From: Octopus sinensis
Taxonomy: Eukaryota
Direction of reading: 5' to 3'
Assembly (NCBI RefSeq): GCF_006345805.1
Contig: NC_042997.1
Span: 84,320,001 to 84,384,000, forward strand
DNA length: 64,000 nucleotides
The notes beneath the pieces are model-generated. The model ran no database searches and was not told the DNA's origin. It was given only the letters and a program-made list of their open reading frames with translations. Below are positions 26,980 through 41,403 of this stretch, piece by piece. A program made the position numbers and the translations under genes. The first letter of the stretch is position 1. Every line of letters begins with the position of its first letter.

Positions 26980-27880
26980 AATGCGCAGACACGCGCTGAG
27001 ACTGCGACATCTCTGGCTCTATGTAGACGACGGTGAACAGGTGTGGTCGCCGTTTGTGAGGCACGCTTTCCGCAGCTCGTCTCCATGACCGAACTGCAGT
27101 CGTGGATCAAAAAGAGGCCGAGGAAGGGCGAATGGCACCGCGAGTGTCGCGTTGCCCTCAAGCAACTCTGCCGTCCTGGGTCGACCTTAAGTGACTTCAA
27201 ACACAACCAAAGCATTCTATAGGGGTTTAGTGGAGGGGAGGTACGACGACGAGCTCGGGGGCGAACCTGGACGTCGACGAGGAGTACCTGACCCGCCTGT
27301 TCGGGACGACTTTCGGGCCAGGGCCCATGGACAACTTCCAGAGATCCCTGGCCTGGCAGTGCTACCGAGAAGCGCTACCCGTTCGGGATAAGCTCTACAG
27401 ACACGGCTCAGAAGAAACACGGGGCCGACCTGCCGAGATGCGGTCAGAGCGACGAAACCGTTCTGCACGCACTCGTTCAGTGTGCAACAATTTCCGACCT
27501 GTGGGCTTATGTCGAACAACTGCTGTCACGTGTGGGACGAGTCGGTTTATCGCTGAGTCTATCGTCAATATTGTCACGCCTCCTTCCTTCAAACGGGAAG
27601 GAAGAGCTATTTTCATCATCCTTGTGGCTATGGCGAAAGAATGTATCTGGTGGACGCGTCTGAAAGGATTGGAGACAAACACTTTCCTCTCTGGTCAATC
27701 TCTCATCACTTCTTCAAGTACCACTTGAAAAAGGAAAGTGAGAGTAGAGAGCAGTTTTGTCTAGCGAATGTTTTAAAAAAAAGATGGGTGAATGTAGCAA
27801 GAATGGCACGTATGAATGACGAAGCCACCTTGAGCATAGTCCTATGAACCCAGAAATCGAAAACAGAGAGTTGCTTATTT

Positions 27881-27913
<33 letters not shown>

Positions 27914-28250
27914 AAATGTGACTTCATTGACCGAGGTTACCGTGGTCTTTTCCGCAGGCTTTTCTTTCCACGGGTAAACCTCACCTGTCCTCCCCTTTAC
28001 ACTTCATATTGACATTTCTGTGATAACGATCCCTATGATCATTTTTTTTTCCCCCCCCCCCCCCCTTTTTTTTTTTTTTTTTTTTTTAACCCCCTTATTT
28101 TTGTCCTCTTTCTCTCCTTTTACGATCCCTTTTGATCGAACCTCCCCCTTCCCTTTTTTTTTTTTTTTTTTTTTTAATACCTTCAAAAGAAAAGCTCTAC
28201 CTTGTAATTTGTTCTATCTGTGTGCAGCCCTGTGTGGCTAATAAAGAAAC
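26980..28250 (+). mobile_element. 5'-truncated L1/Tx1-like LINE (copy 2)
   Basis: YRGLVEGRYDDELG, MDNFQRSLAWQCYREALPVRDKLYRHG, CPRC..SDETVLHALVQC region across a frameshift, PPSFKREG..AMAKECIWWTRLKG. AATAAA near 28240. Confidence 0.88.
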
Positions 28251-28251
28251 A

Positions 28252-28313
<62 letters not shown>

Positions 28314-28326
28314 CCTATCTACCTAT

Positions 28327-28368
<42 letters not shown>

Positions 28369-28414
28369 CTATCTATCTGTCTATTTATCTATCTATCTAT
28401 CTATCTATCTATCA

Positions 28415-28495
<81 letters not shown>

Positions 28496-28824
28496 CGCAC
28501 ACAAACACACACGCACAATTCATTTATCAAGGAAGAAATAGTTTACAAAAATACTACTGTAAAATGTGATTTTCAATAATTTCTTAGAACGAAAAAGCTA
28601 ATTCGTTGCATACTTACAAGTCCAAACATTTATGACGTGGAGATGTGACAGACATGTAAATCTAAGCCAGAATTAGATTAGTACTTTACTTAATCGGTGC
28701 TGAGAGGATAAAAGATAAAGCTGACCACAGCCAGATTTTAACTCAGAACGTAAAGAGTTTACAAAACAACTAAAGTAATAACAAGGACGTCAGCAATAGT
28801 TGAATGAGACAATCAAGTAACATT

Positions 28825-29570
28825 AAGAAGTCGCCAAATTGTGCCGAGGTCGGTTTTGTCTTTCATCCTCTTGGAGTCGATAAAATAAGTGCCAGTTGAA
28901 CACTTCGGTTAATGTAATCGACTCAGCTGGCTTTGAGCCAAAATTTGAAACCAATATTAAGTAACTGTTCAAAGCGGCGTACCGGCAGAATCGTTAACAC
29001 ACCGGGCAATATACTCAGCGACCTGTCGTCCGTCCTTATGTTGAAATGCCGTTGAGGTCGACTTTGCTTTAGCCTTTCGGAGTTGTTAATTTAAGCAGCA
29101 GTTGAGCACTGGGATTGATGTATTTGACTTAAACCGTCCCGCGAAATTGCTGGCCTTGTGCTAAAACATGAAACCAATGTTAAGAAGTCACCAAATTGTG
29201 CCCAGGTCTACTTTACCTTTCATCCTTTCCGAGTCAATAAAATAAATATCAGATGAGTGGTCGATGTAATGGGGCCTATGTAACCGACGTCCTCCCCCAA
29301 ATTGCTGACCTTGAGCCAAAATTTGAAATCAATACTAAGAATTTGTGCAAAGCGGTGAGTTGGCAGAATCGTTAGCACACCGGGTAAAATGCTCAGCAGC
29401 ATGTCGTCTTTCCTTACGTTCAAATGCCGCTGAGTTCGACTTTGCCTGCCATCCTTTCGGGGTCGATAAAATAAGTACTAGTTAAACACTGTAGTTGATG
29501 TATTCGATTTAACTCGTTTCCTGAAATTTCTGGCCCTGTGCCAGAATTTGAAGCCAATATTAAAGAAGTC
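28825..29570 (+). mobile_element. Array of four SINE family B copies arranged as a duplicated headless+full dimer
   Basis: The linker aagaagtc(g/a)ccaaattgtgcc occurs at 28825 and 29182; full heads ..aaagcgg..ggcagaatcgtta occur at ~28970 and ~29350. Confidence 0.85.
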
Positions 29571-30177
29571 GTTCGACTCGGTAGATTTAGCAGCCAAATC
29601 TTTTCTGAAATCCTATTGTACCGTCTTAAAAAGAAGGAAAGAAATATTTGATGATGTAGTCCTGAGTAACGCTATTATCGAATGAGAGGTGATATGGTCA
29701 GAGCTGGAACAGCTTGATCAGAGATGACCTGGGGTTAAATAACAGAAACAACAACAACAACAAGAACGCAACAATAATAATGGCAGCGCAACACCATTAC
29801 TAAAACAGCAGTAATGATACCAAAGACGCCGTCACCAATAGTTGAAGCTGTAGCAACAACAATAAAAACAGCAGCAAATGTCTCTGGTTTCGAGATACCG
29901 GATCTTTATTTTGGCAGGCAACCAATCAAAATTAATGTCGCAAAGGTGTAAGTAATTGTGTGAAAAAGTAAAGTATGTAAATCACCAGCTGATAATTTAA
30001 ACAGTGTTTGACGTCAGAATATTGCAAATAGAAAGAAACGGAAACACACAAATAAGTAAATTTGCATAAAATTTATACTTCCCTGTGAAGGTTTTGACTG
30101 TACAGTTGGTGGCATAATTGCAGAGGAATCGGGAATGTCTGTTTATGAGAAGGAAAAAATTCCTATTAACATAGATA

Positions 30178-30217
<40 letters not shown>

Positions 30218-30521
30218 AGGGAAGGAAGAAAAGAAATAACCGGGATGGAGAAACGAATAGTTAAACAATAGAAAAATATTGTTTCCGAATTAAAACTTTT
30301 ATAGGAGGATCAGTTGGGAAAGGAACCTGACCAACGTTTCTACTATAACAGCTAAATAGTACATAAAAATGTTCAACCAGAATATGACATCTCTGAGATT
30401 CAAATATGTCACATATTTCGATATTGTTGCCAGGTACGCCAAATGTCATCGTGACTCAATTAATTCCTCTTCCCACACATATATGTATGCATATATATAT
30501 GTATGTATATATATATATATA

Positions 30522-30564
<43 letters not shown>

Positions 30565-30739
30565 TATATATTATATATTATATATATACATATATGTGTG
30601 TATGTGTGTATGTGTACAGAGAGAGAAAGAGAAAGAAAGAGAGAGAGAGCAAATCAATAGCAAAATACAAAATCAAAAACCTAAAGGAGGTACACAGTTA
30701 ATATTAGGCTGACACTCAAAGAAGGAAGAAAGTTATAAC

Positions 30740-31290
30740 TAAAAGCTATAGAGTAAATATATGACGTTTCGGATATTGTCCTTCGTCATATATTCACAAA
30801 AACGTCCAGGGAAATAGAGAACTAACGGAGGAAAAGAGATTCCTGGCAAAAGTGCATGCTGGTAGTTCACATGTTTGATTTCTGGCTGTAGGATATGGCT
30901 AAGTGGAAGAGGAGTAATGGTGGAATGGAGTATGAGGTGGAGTTTGCGGATTTTAGTGTAAGGATGTCGATAAGTTGGTGGTTGGGTCGTAGCACGAAGT
31001 GGAGAATAGACTGGGCGAAAGGTGAAGTGCAAAGAGAAGAGCGGAGAGGAAAAGGTACACCTTGAGGAGATGGTGATCCAGAAAGCGGTTCCTGAATAGG
31101 GTGGAACGGATGGTAACACGGTTGAGAAGGCGAGAAGTGCCGACGAGGATAAATTCAGTGTAAATGGAGTGTACGGGGTGGTGTTGAACTTCAGGCTGAA
31201 GCCTCAGACGATGACGGATAGTGGAGACAGCGACACAAAAAGGAAATTTAGCTAGTGAAGCGGATTCATTTGAAAAACAATTCAGAGAAG
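30740..31290 (-). mobile_element. Probable Penelope-like element 3' fragment
   Basis: Pyrimidine-rich minus strand with Pro/Ser/His-rich frames, ending in a hammerhead-like motif at 30753-30797 and lying near (TA)n tracts. No GIY-YIG motif seen. Confidence 0.4.
30753..30797 (-). ncRNA. Minimal type I hammerhead ribozyme-like motif (C3 position is A)
   Basis: Minus strand reads gaatat-ATGACGA-A-GGA(caata)TCC-GAAAC-GTC-atat. Confidence 0.5.
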
Positions 31291-31589
31291 TGTATAGACA
31301 CATACATACACATTATATATATATATAATATATATAATATATATATATATATAATATATATATAGATATATACATATATATAATGCCTTTTGTTCTTCTT
31401 TGGTGCAAATTGCTAGTAGAGTGGCCATGCTTCACTGTAAAGCCAGAAAGAAAGATTGCACGACCAGGCTCAAACACTTCGATCACGTGACCACAATAGT
31501 AACAACTATAAGCACACATGCGCAGAAGGAGTGTGACAATAATAAAGACACCTTATGGCGAAAATGCCGTTAGTTTTTGACTTGCCTTC

Positions 31590-31661
<72 letters not shown>

Positions 31662-31762
31662 TAGTTTTAAATTTTGATAACGTTTTTTTCATGATGTAAT
31701 TGATTTGTTCACCGATTACAAACGCGTCTGAAACAGCTGTAGTGAACCTTAATCTGTTTGTG

Positions 31763-31795
<33 letters not shown>

Positions 31796-31797
<2 letters not shown>

Positions 31798-31914
31798 AGC
31801 TTTGGTGGGCCCAAGGCTATAGTAGAAGGTGCCATGCAGCATGTAGCGGAATTGAACCCGGAAACAGGTAGATGAGAAAAAACAAGCTTCTTACGACACT
31901 GCCACGCCTGCGCC
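31796..31914 (-). mobile_element. SINE family A, 5' half
   Basis: ggctatagtagaag..ttgaacccggaa..gccacgcctgcgcct. Confidence 0.75.
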
Positions 31915-32384
31915 TATATATTATATATAATATATATATATATGTGTGTGTGTGGTGTGTGTTGTGTTGTGTGTGTGTGTAGTGTGTGGTATATGCGTAT
32001 GCATGTATATATATGTGTATGCATGTCTGTATGTCTGGTTTACAACAACTTGTTGGTATGAACTGTAATTTCCAGTCTTTCATTTGTGTTGGAAGAAATG
32101 AAGAAATGCGTTGAGTGGTTAGTGATGCGAGCGAATTCTTGCGCTGAGATTTTGATTATCGGCTTCGATACCATGATCAAGAACACGCGTTATCGTCTTT
32201 TTTTATATTATATTTTATCTCTTTGACTAAGCTGCAGTTGAGTCAATTATTGAACGAGTCAGAACATTTGACATTTAGAATATTTCCGGTCGTTGATAGA
32301 GAAACTGAAGCCATTCCGCTTGTGGAATGCTAAACCTTTCCTGTAGAATTGTAGTTTCAGATGTGAATGACTATTCTCCTGTCA

Positions 32385-32455
32385 GGGTGGAAATTATGGA
32401 TAACTTTCAAAAGCACGTGGCTTGTCAGTTTCACCAGAAGGCATTGCCGGTTAAT
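32385..32455 (+). mobile_element. Short L1/Tx1-like ORF2 fragment
   Basis: MDNFQKHVACQFHQKALPV aligns to MDNFQRSLAWQCYREALPV of copy 2. Confidence 0.65.
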
Positions 32456-32587
32456 TCGGGACAAATTTTTATAGGCATAGGTTCCATCATCAGTCAAGCT
32501 AGAGCGAGACGCGTGGAATACAAAAAGAAAAATGCTCATTAGTACTGGTAGATTGTTTGACGCATGGAATTACATAGACCAGCTTAG

Positions 32588-33190
32588 GGAGACGAGCTAG
32601 CAGAATCATTATCATACCGGGCGAAATGCTTAGCGGTATTTCGTCTGCCACTACGTTCTGAGTTCAAATTCTGCCGAGGTCGACTTTGCCTTTCATCCTT
32701 TCGGGGTCGATTAAATAAGTACCAGTTACGCACTGGCGTCGATATAATCGACTTAACCCGTTTGTCTGTCCTTGTTTGTCCTGTCTGTGTTTAGCCCCTT
32801 GTGGGTAGTAAAGGAAAAGAAATAGGTATTTTGTCTGCCGCTACGTTCTGGGTTCAAATTCCACCGCGGTCGACTTTGCCTTTCATCCTTTCGGAGTCGG
32901 TTAAATAAGTACCAGTTACGCACTGGCGTCGATATAATTGACTTAATCCATTTGTCTGTCCTTGTTTGTCCTCTCTGTGTTTAGCCCCTTGTGGGTAGTA
33001 AAGAAATAGGGATTTCGTCTGCCGTTACGTTTTGAGCTCAAATTCTTCCGAGGTCGATTTTGCCGTTCATCCTTTCGAGCTCGATTAAATAAGTATTAGT
33101 TATGCACTGGGGTCGATGGAATCGACTTAATCCCTTTGTCTGTGCTTGTTTGTCCCCTCTGTGTTTAGCCCCCTGTGGGTAATAAAGAAA
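32588..33190 (+). mobile_element. SINE family B head followed by three tandem ~185-bp body units
   Basis: tatttcgtctgcc..gagttcaaatt..gtcgactttgcctttcatcctttcgg..ttagccccttgtgggtagtaaag repeats from ~32637, ~32827 and ~33012. Confidence 0.92.
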
Positions 33191-33987
33191 TATATATAGG
33201 ACAGCTGTTATCACGTGTTGCTATCACGTATAAAAGAGATAGGGCTACCATTCAAGTCCATTATAAAGATTAATCAACCATTTTGTTTTGTCCAGTAGGA
33301 ACAGTAAAAAGTTTTTCTGTGAGAAATAGACACAGTTCACAAAACAGATGGCGGGGTTTTCCTCTTTGGCTAAGCCCTCGTTTAATTTTTTCAAGTACCA
33401 CTTGTTGCTATTTAGTCCCAGATAGACTTATGATCAAAGGAAATTCCACCCGTATTAATCCCATCTTGATTTCAGGCACTGTGTCTAAAACAGTGCGTTG
33501 TCTTCTTTTTAAGACGTGTGCGTCTTATTTAATGGCGACTCGCAATTTCTAGCCGATCGCACGACTATGCGGAGGCTGCCTTCGTTAGCTTAGTTCAATC
33601 AGTTTTAGGGTACGATACACTTCAAGTATCACTTAAAAAGAAAGGAAGGGCTTGAAGAGGGAAGTCTTACTTTCTAGTGTATTTCCAGAAAGATAGATGA
33701 TAGTGGTGAATCAGATGTGAATTGGTGGATGATTACAATTTCATTTTCGTCTTTGGATTAACGTCAAAAAGAAGGTACTTGTATTGGTATTGAAGGGTTA
33801 TTGGGTAGTCTTATTGGTACTGTACTACTGATCCTTGTTGAACTATAAATAATATATCTACATATTTTTTCTTTTATATATTTTATTTTATATTATCCCT
33901 TATCCTTATAAGAAATATAGTTTTTGTTAAAAAAGATTATTATTACTATTATTGTTGTTGTCATTATTATTATTATTATTATTATTA

Positions 33988-34019
<32 letters not shown>

Positions 34020-34020
<1 letters not shown>

Positions 34021-34420
34021 TTTTTTTTTCTTCCTTCAAATTTGCTTCCATTTCTTGCCGAGTGTCTTCCCGACTCCTAGGGCAAAGAAACTCATAGTAT
34101 ACATTGGTAGGCCATTAAACCAAACTCAGTAGTTCGTTCATTTTTTTTTTTTTTAAAGTTAAATTAAAATACATGAGCAGCAACAGTTCTCACATCGACA
34201 ATGCTCTTCTCAATACGTGTGATGTACCAGTTAAGACAATCTTTGCACTTCTTGCAGGAATGGTAAGCCAGGATCATTCTCATATAATTTTCGGTTCCCT
34301 TCTTGATCATTCCTAGTGCTCCTACGATCACTGGTATTGTAACGCTTGAGATGCCACATTTTCTCAATTTCAATGAGTAGGTCTTTATATTTTCTGAGCT
34401 TGTCAAACTCTTTCGCTGAG
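34020..34420 (-). mobile_element. R4/Dong-like REL-LINE 3' end with (TAA)n tail
   Basis: TIPVIVGALGMIKKGTENYMRMI, then a 3' UTR running into (TAA)n on the element strand. Confidence 0.85.
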
Positions 34421-34468
<48 letters not shown>

Positions 34469-34554
34469 TAATAATTATTATTATTTATTATTATTATTAT
34501 TATTATGATTATATTATTATTATTATTATTATTATTATATTATTTATTATTATT

Positions 34555-34765
34555 ATTTTCAGTAGTTTTATTTTTATATCGTGCTTTCACTTCACTACCG
34601 AGCGCAGCTCTGTGTGCCTTAGGTATGTGCTGTGATTGTTGTGATGCTCTGATGGTTATTGTATGGAAAGTGTTCTGCGTAGGATGTGTGCAGTGCTAGT
34701 AGTGCAATTTTCTGTATGTTATAGTGTTTGTAAGTCCTGGTGTTTTTGTTATGTATTTGTCTGAA
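34555..34765 (-). mobile_element. Second REL-LINE 3' end flanked by (TAA)n on both sides
   Basis: SDKYITKTPGLT..QKIALLALHTSY-type terminal frame (cf. QKIALLGTAHILRK); (TTA)n on the plus strand on both sides. Confidence 0.65.
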
Positions 34766-34788
34766 TATTATTATTATTATTATTATTA

Positions 34789-34820
<32 letters not shown>

Positions 34821-34859
34821 GTAGTAGTAGTAGTAGTAGTAGTAGTTGCAGCAGCAGTT

Positions 34860-35035
34860 ATTTAGCGAGTTAGTAGAACCGTTAGCACACCGGCCGAAAT
34901 GCTCAGCGGCATTTCGTCCCTCTCTAAATTCTTAGTCCAAATTCCGCCGAGTTTGACTTTGCCTTTCATACTTTCGGAGTTGATAAAATAAGTACCAGCT
35001 GAACACTGGGGTCGATTTCATCGACTCAGCGCCTA
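34860..35035 (+). mobile_element. SINE family B
   Basis: cgagttagtagaaccgttagcacaccggccgaaatgc..ttgactttgcctttcatactttcgg..cactggggtcgat. Confidence 0.8.
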
Positions 35036-35139
35036 TCCGTTATAAGATTTGATATGGGTAACGTATGAAACTCTCAACCCGCTTATGTAGCTTTACATCT
35101 AAATAATTCAGTTTCATATACATACATACATACATACAT

Positions 35140-37147
<2,008 letters not shown>

Positions 37148-37509
37148 ATATATATAATTACATCTTAAAATTTTTATATCTCAGTCAATTGTTTTTCGAA
37201 CGATATATATAAAGCGTTGGACAAAATACCATGTTCTGTTATGTCCTTTTATGATTTGTATTAAAACATTGCAAACTCAAATTTACGTTTTATTCTCTCG
37301 CGTCGATAGAATAAGCACTAGTTATTTTTGTTGTGGTTTTTTAAAATCTAAGTCAAACCTGATCAAGCAAACCTGTGATCAAAGTATTTCAGCAATGATC
37401 ACGCCGTCCTTTTCATGGTATGCATACAAATACATTATCTGATATATTGTTTTCTTCTTTAAGAAAGTAGGTTGTTATTTGAGAGAAATTTGGCTGTTAT
37501 TTGTGTTAA

Positions 37510-38225
37510 TATTGGTTTCAAATTTTGGTATAAGGCCAGCATTTCCGGGGTCGAGGTTAAGTCGAATACATCGATCCCAGTGCTCAACTGGTACTTATTT
37601 TATCAAACCCGAAAGGAAGAAAAGCAAAGTCGATCTCGGCAGAATTTGAACTCAGAACGTAATGACGGACAAAATGACGCTAAACATTTTCCCCGGCGAG
37701 CTAACCATTCTACCAGTTCGCCGCCTTTATCTATGCAAAATAATAAAGCATCATTTAAAAGGTGGCGAGCTGGACGACTCGTTAGCACGCCGAGTAAGAT
37801 ATTTGGTGGCATCTCGTCCGTCTTTATGTTCAGTGTTCAGATACTGCTGAGCTCGATTTGTCTTTCGGATTCAATAAAATATGTATCAGTTGTAATCGAC
37901 TTATTCTCCCCCAAGTATCAGATGTAATCGACTTATTCCTCCCCTAAAATTGCTGGCTTTGTGCAAAATTTTGATACCAATATTAAAACATTATTTTTAC
38001 TAAGCTATAAGGCAGCAAACTGGCAAAATCGTTAGCCCATCTGACAAAACAATGTTATTTCTTTCGGCTGTTTTACGTTCTGAGCTCAAATCTCACCAAA
38101 GTCATCTTTAGCTTTTGTCTTTTCGGCGACGATAAAATAAAGTAACAGATAAGTACTGGGGTTACTGTAATCGACTAACCCTTTCTCCTAAAATTGCTAT
38201 CATTGTGCCATGATTTGAAACAATT
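37510..38225. mobile_element. SINE family B cluster: minus copy (~37510-37720) head-to-head with two plus copies (~37760-37985, ~38005-38225)
   Basis: Heads ..ttctaccagttcgccgcct (minus) and ggtggcgagctggacgactcgttagc (plus) are ~45 bp apart. Confidence 0.85.
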
Positions 38226-39300
38226 ATTACCTTGCTGTATTACGGTTCTTTATATTTTTGAACTCTAATCTTGGTAAAGTCAACGTTACCTTTTATCTTT
38301 CCAGCGCATTTTCCTCGCTATCCTCCGGAGCATCGCCTTTTCTATTTTGTCTGCTTGTGCCATGAAGAATGTTAAACTATGATAGAAAAAAGTGGCTTTT
38401 ACTTCAATTAGTCTAGAATTGTCGCCCTTCACTGATAACTGTACTGAAATGAGTCGTATTCTTTTTTCACAAGGAGCTCCTATATAGTCTACACTTTTTG
38501 AACTTTATTCCTTTCAATGTCAATAAAATAAAGTACCTATCAAATACTGAATTCTATTTAATCGATTATATACTATCTTATAAATTTGTAGCATCGTGTC
38601 CATCCTCGTAAAAAGTGGGTAATTTATGTAATTATTTGACGTGGTGCAAATAGAGTCCAAATCTCCCTCACACTTCATTTGACCGTCTCAAATTAGGAAA
38701 GATTCTATTGGTTAACATTAGATATGTTCCCCCAAAAGACAAGGCAAGTAGTCACGGCTGGCATGCATTTGTTTATAGACCTGCTAGATCAGGGTTTGAT
38801 TTGAAGGTAAAGAAGAAACACAACAACGGGAAGATCAAGGAGAACATCAAGCGTCCTCGTCGAGAGTAATAACAGTAACAACAATAACGGCAGCAGCAAC
38901 ATCATTAATATTTTAGTGTGTGAAGATGGAAAACTTTATATTAATTTATCGTTGTATAAACACGTTAGAATATCACGAGATTCGTTTACAAATTATACAA
39001 GCATCCACAAGAGTACAATTTACGACTTGCATCGTCGTTTCAGTTACATTGTATTAGCTGTTTTCTTCAATAGATTCGCTACTGAGGTTTAGGAATAATG
39101 GAGTGGTTGTGTTGGCTTTGGTAGAGGTGGTGGTGTTGATAGTGGCGGTATTAGTTGTGCAGAAGCTATATCTAATTAGAGAAGTAATCACGAGTGACAA
39201 TAGATGACCATCAATTACTTTCTTCCTTTCTTTTCATTCCTTCTTTAATTTTTCTTCTTACTCTTTGGTATTTCTTTTCTTTTACCAGTCTATCTATCTG

Positions 39301-39408
<108 letters not shown>

Positions 39409-39568
39409 ATTATCTATCTATCTATCTAATTATCTATCTATATGTCTGTTTGTTCGTCTGTCTGCCTGCCGTCTTGTTTCTCTCCTCTCTCTCCTTCACG
39501 TTTGTTCTCCGTTTTCGTAGCTTTTCTTACTTTCTCTTTCTCTCTTCATTACTGCTTGTCTTTCTCTT

Positions 39569-39618
<50 letters not shown>

Positions 39619-39887
39619 CTATCTTGCTAGCAAGCTAGCTAGCTATTTATGTATGCATACATACTTAAATAGAAACATTTTTTATTATATCTTTTTATCA
39701 GCATATGTGTCTAGTTACATCCATACTCACATAAAAGTCATACATTCCTCCAGTCATATGTCTTATTCAGCACATCTAAGGATTTTATCTGCGCTTATAG
39801 ACATACATTCGTTCATACATACATACATACATACATACATACATACATACATACATACATACATACATACATACATACATACATACA

Positions 39888-40810
39888 TAACGAAAATTGG
39901 AACACAGAACTATTTGCATTCAATAAAACAGTGGCCCACAATGTGATTGCAGTGCCAGTACTCACACCAGCATTGGGGCTGCTTTATTGGATGCTTGATT
40001 AGATCCGAGCCATTGATGTGAAAACCCGAAAAATACTAACAAGCACACATAATTTCCACATAAACAGTGACGTAGACCGCCTCTATCTAAAACGAAAACA
40101 AGGCGGCAGAGGGGTAACACCAATCCAAGATGCCTTTGAATGTAGTATCATATCCTTTCGGCAACATCTTTTAACCGTCAAGCGTCGAAATGCATCCCTT
40201 GACCAAGTTTGCATACATGAGGCTGATAACATCATAAGACTTGAAAGGCAGCTCCTTGAGCAAGACGCTTTCTCCGATAACCTAGAATACATGCCCAAAG
40301 AATTCGCACGACTCTACCGCAGCATATCAGCAGATGAAAGGATGAGCCTAAACGGGTGGAATGTTCCAGTGAAGATCTCATTAAAATGTAAGCACAACAG
40401 ACCTGATATAATGATTTGTGATAGAGAAGAGAAACTGTGCACAGTTGTGGAAATTAGCTGCCCAGCAGATGCTAACATGAAGCTGAAGATTAGTGAACAA
40501 GAAAACACCTATGATGTACTATTGAGAAATCTATATTTACTCTATCCAGATTACAAGTTCAGGTTTACACTTGTAATTATTGGGACCCTGGCATATTTAA
40601 CATGCTACCTAAATACCAGTCTTGAGAAATTAGGCTTCTCAAAACCAGAAGGGAGAAAGCTAATTCGAAGACTACAGATCCAATCCATCACTGGAACTGT
40701 AAAAATCTGTAAAACTTTCCAGAAGTTTATCATTTAAATATATACGAGCATGTCTTGATATGTAACTATATGCATGAGAATACATACACAAAACATACGA
40801 ATCTGCGCAT
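39888..40810 (+). mobile_element. REL-LINE (R4/Dong-like) 3' portion with an in-frame internal deletion, flanked by (CATA)n
   Basis: The 239-codon open frame 40018-40737 begins at GTG and joins SDVDRLYLKRKQGGRG (RT thumb) to KHNRPDIMICD..VVEISCP (RLE). The CCHC zinc-finger segment is absent. Confidence 0.9.
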
Positions 40811-40821
40811 ACATACATACA

Positions 40822-40854
<33 letters not shown>

Positions 40855-41129
40855 TCATATATATATATATATGTGTGTGTATATATATATCTATATATAT
40901 ACGCATATGTATATTAACATATATATATATGTATATATGTATGTGTGTGTGTGTGTCTGAACAATAGTTATCCGGACCGTTACCATAGTAACGAAGCTAA
41001 AGCACCCAGAGTGAAGTTGCTTGACGCGGATTGACCCTGAACTCTGATGTGCATGCGCAATAAGTTTTAACGTTCTGGCTCACATTCGCTGTTTACAGCA
41101 GTGCTTGGAATGATGGTGTGTAGCGTGTG

Positions 41130-41403
<274 letters not shown>

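Noticed and set aside
32637-33190. Regularly spaced repeats that might suggest a CRISPR array
   Set aside because: The units are ~185-bp SINE bodies with no unique spacers and no cas genes, in a eukaryotic context.
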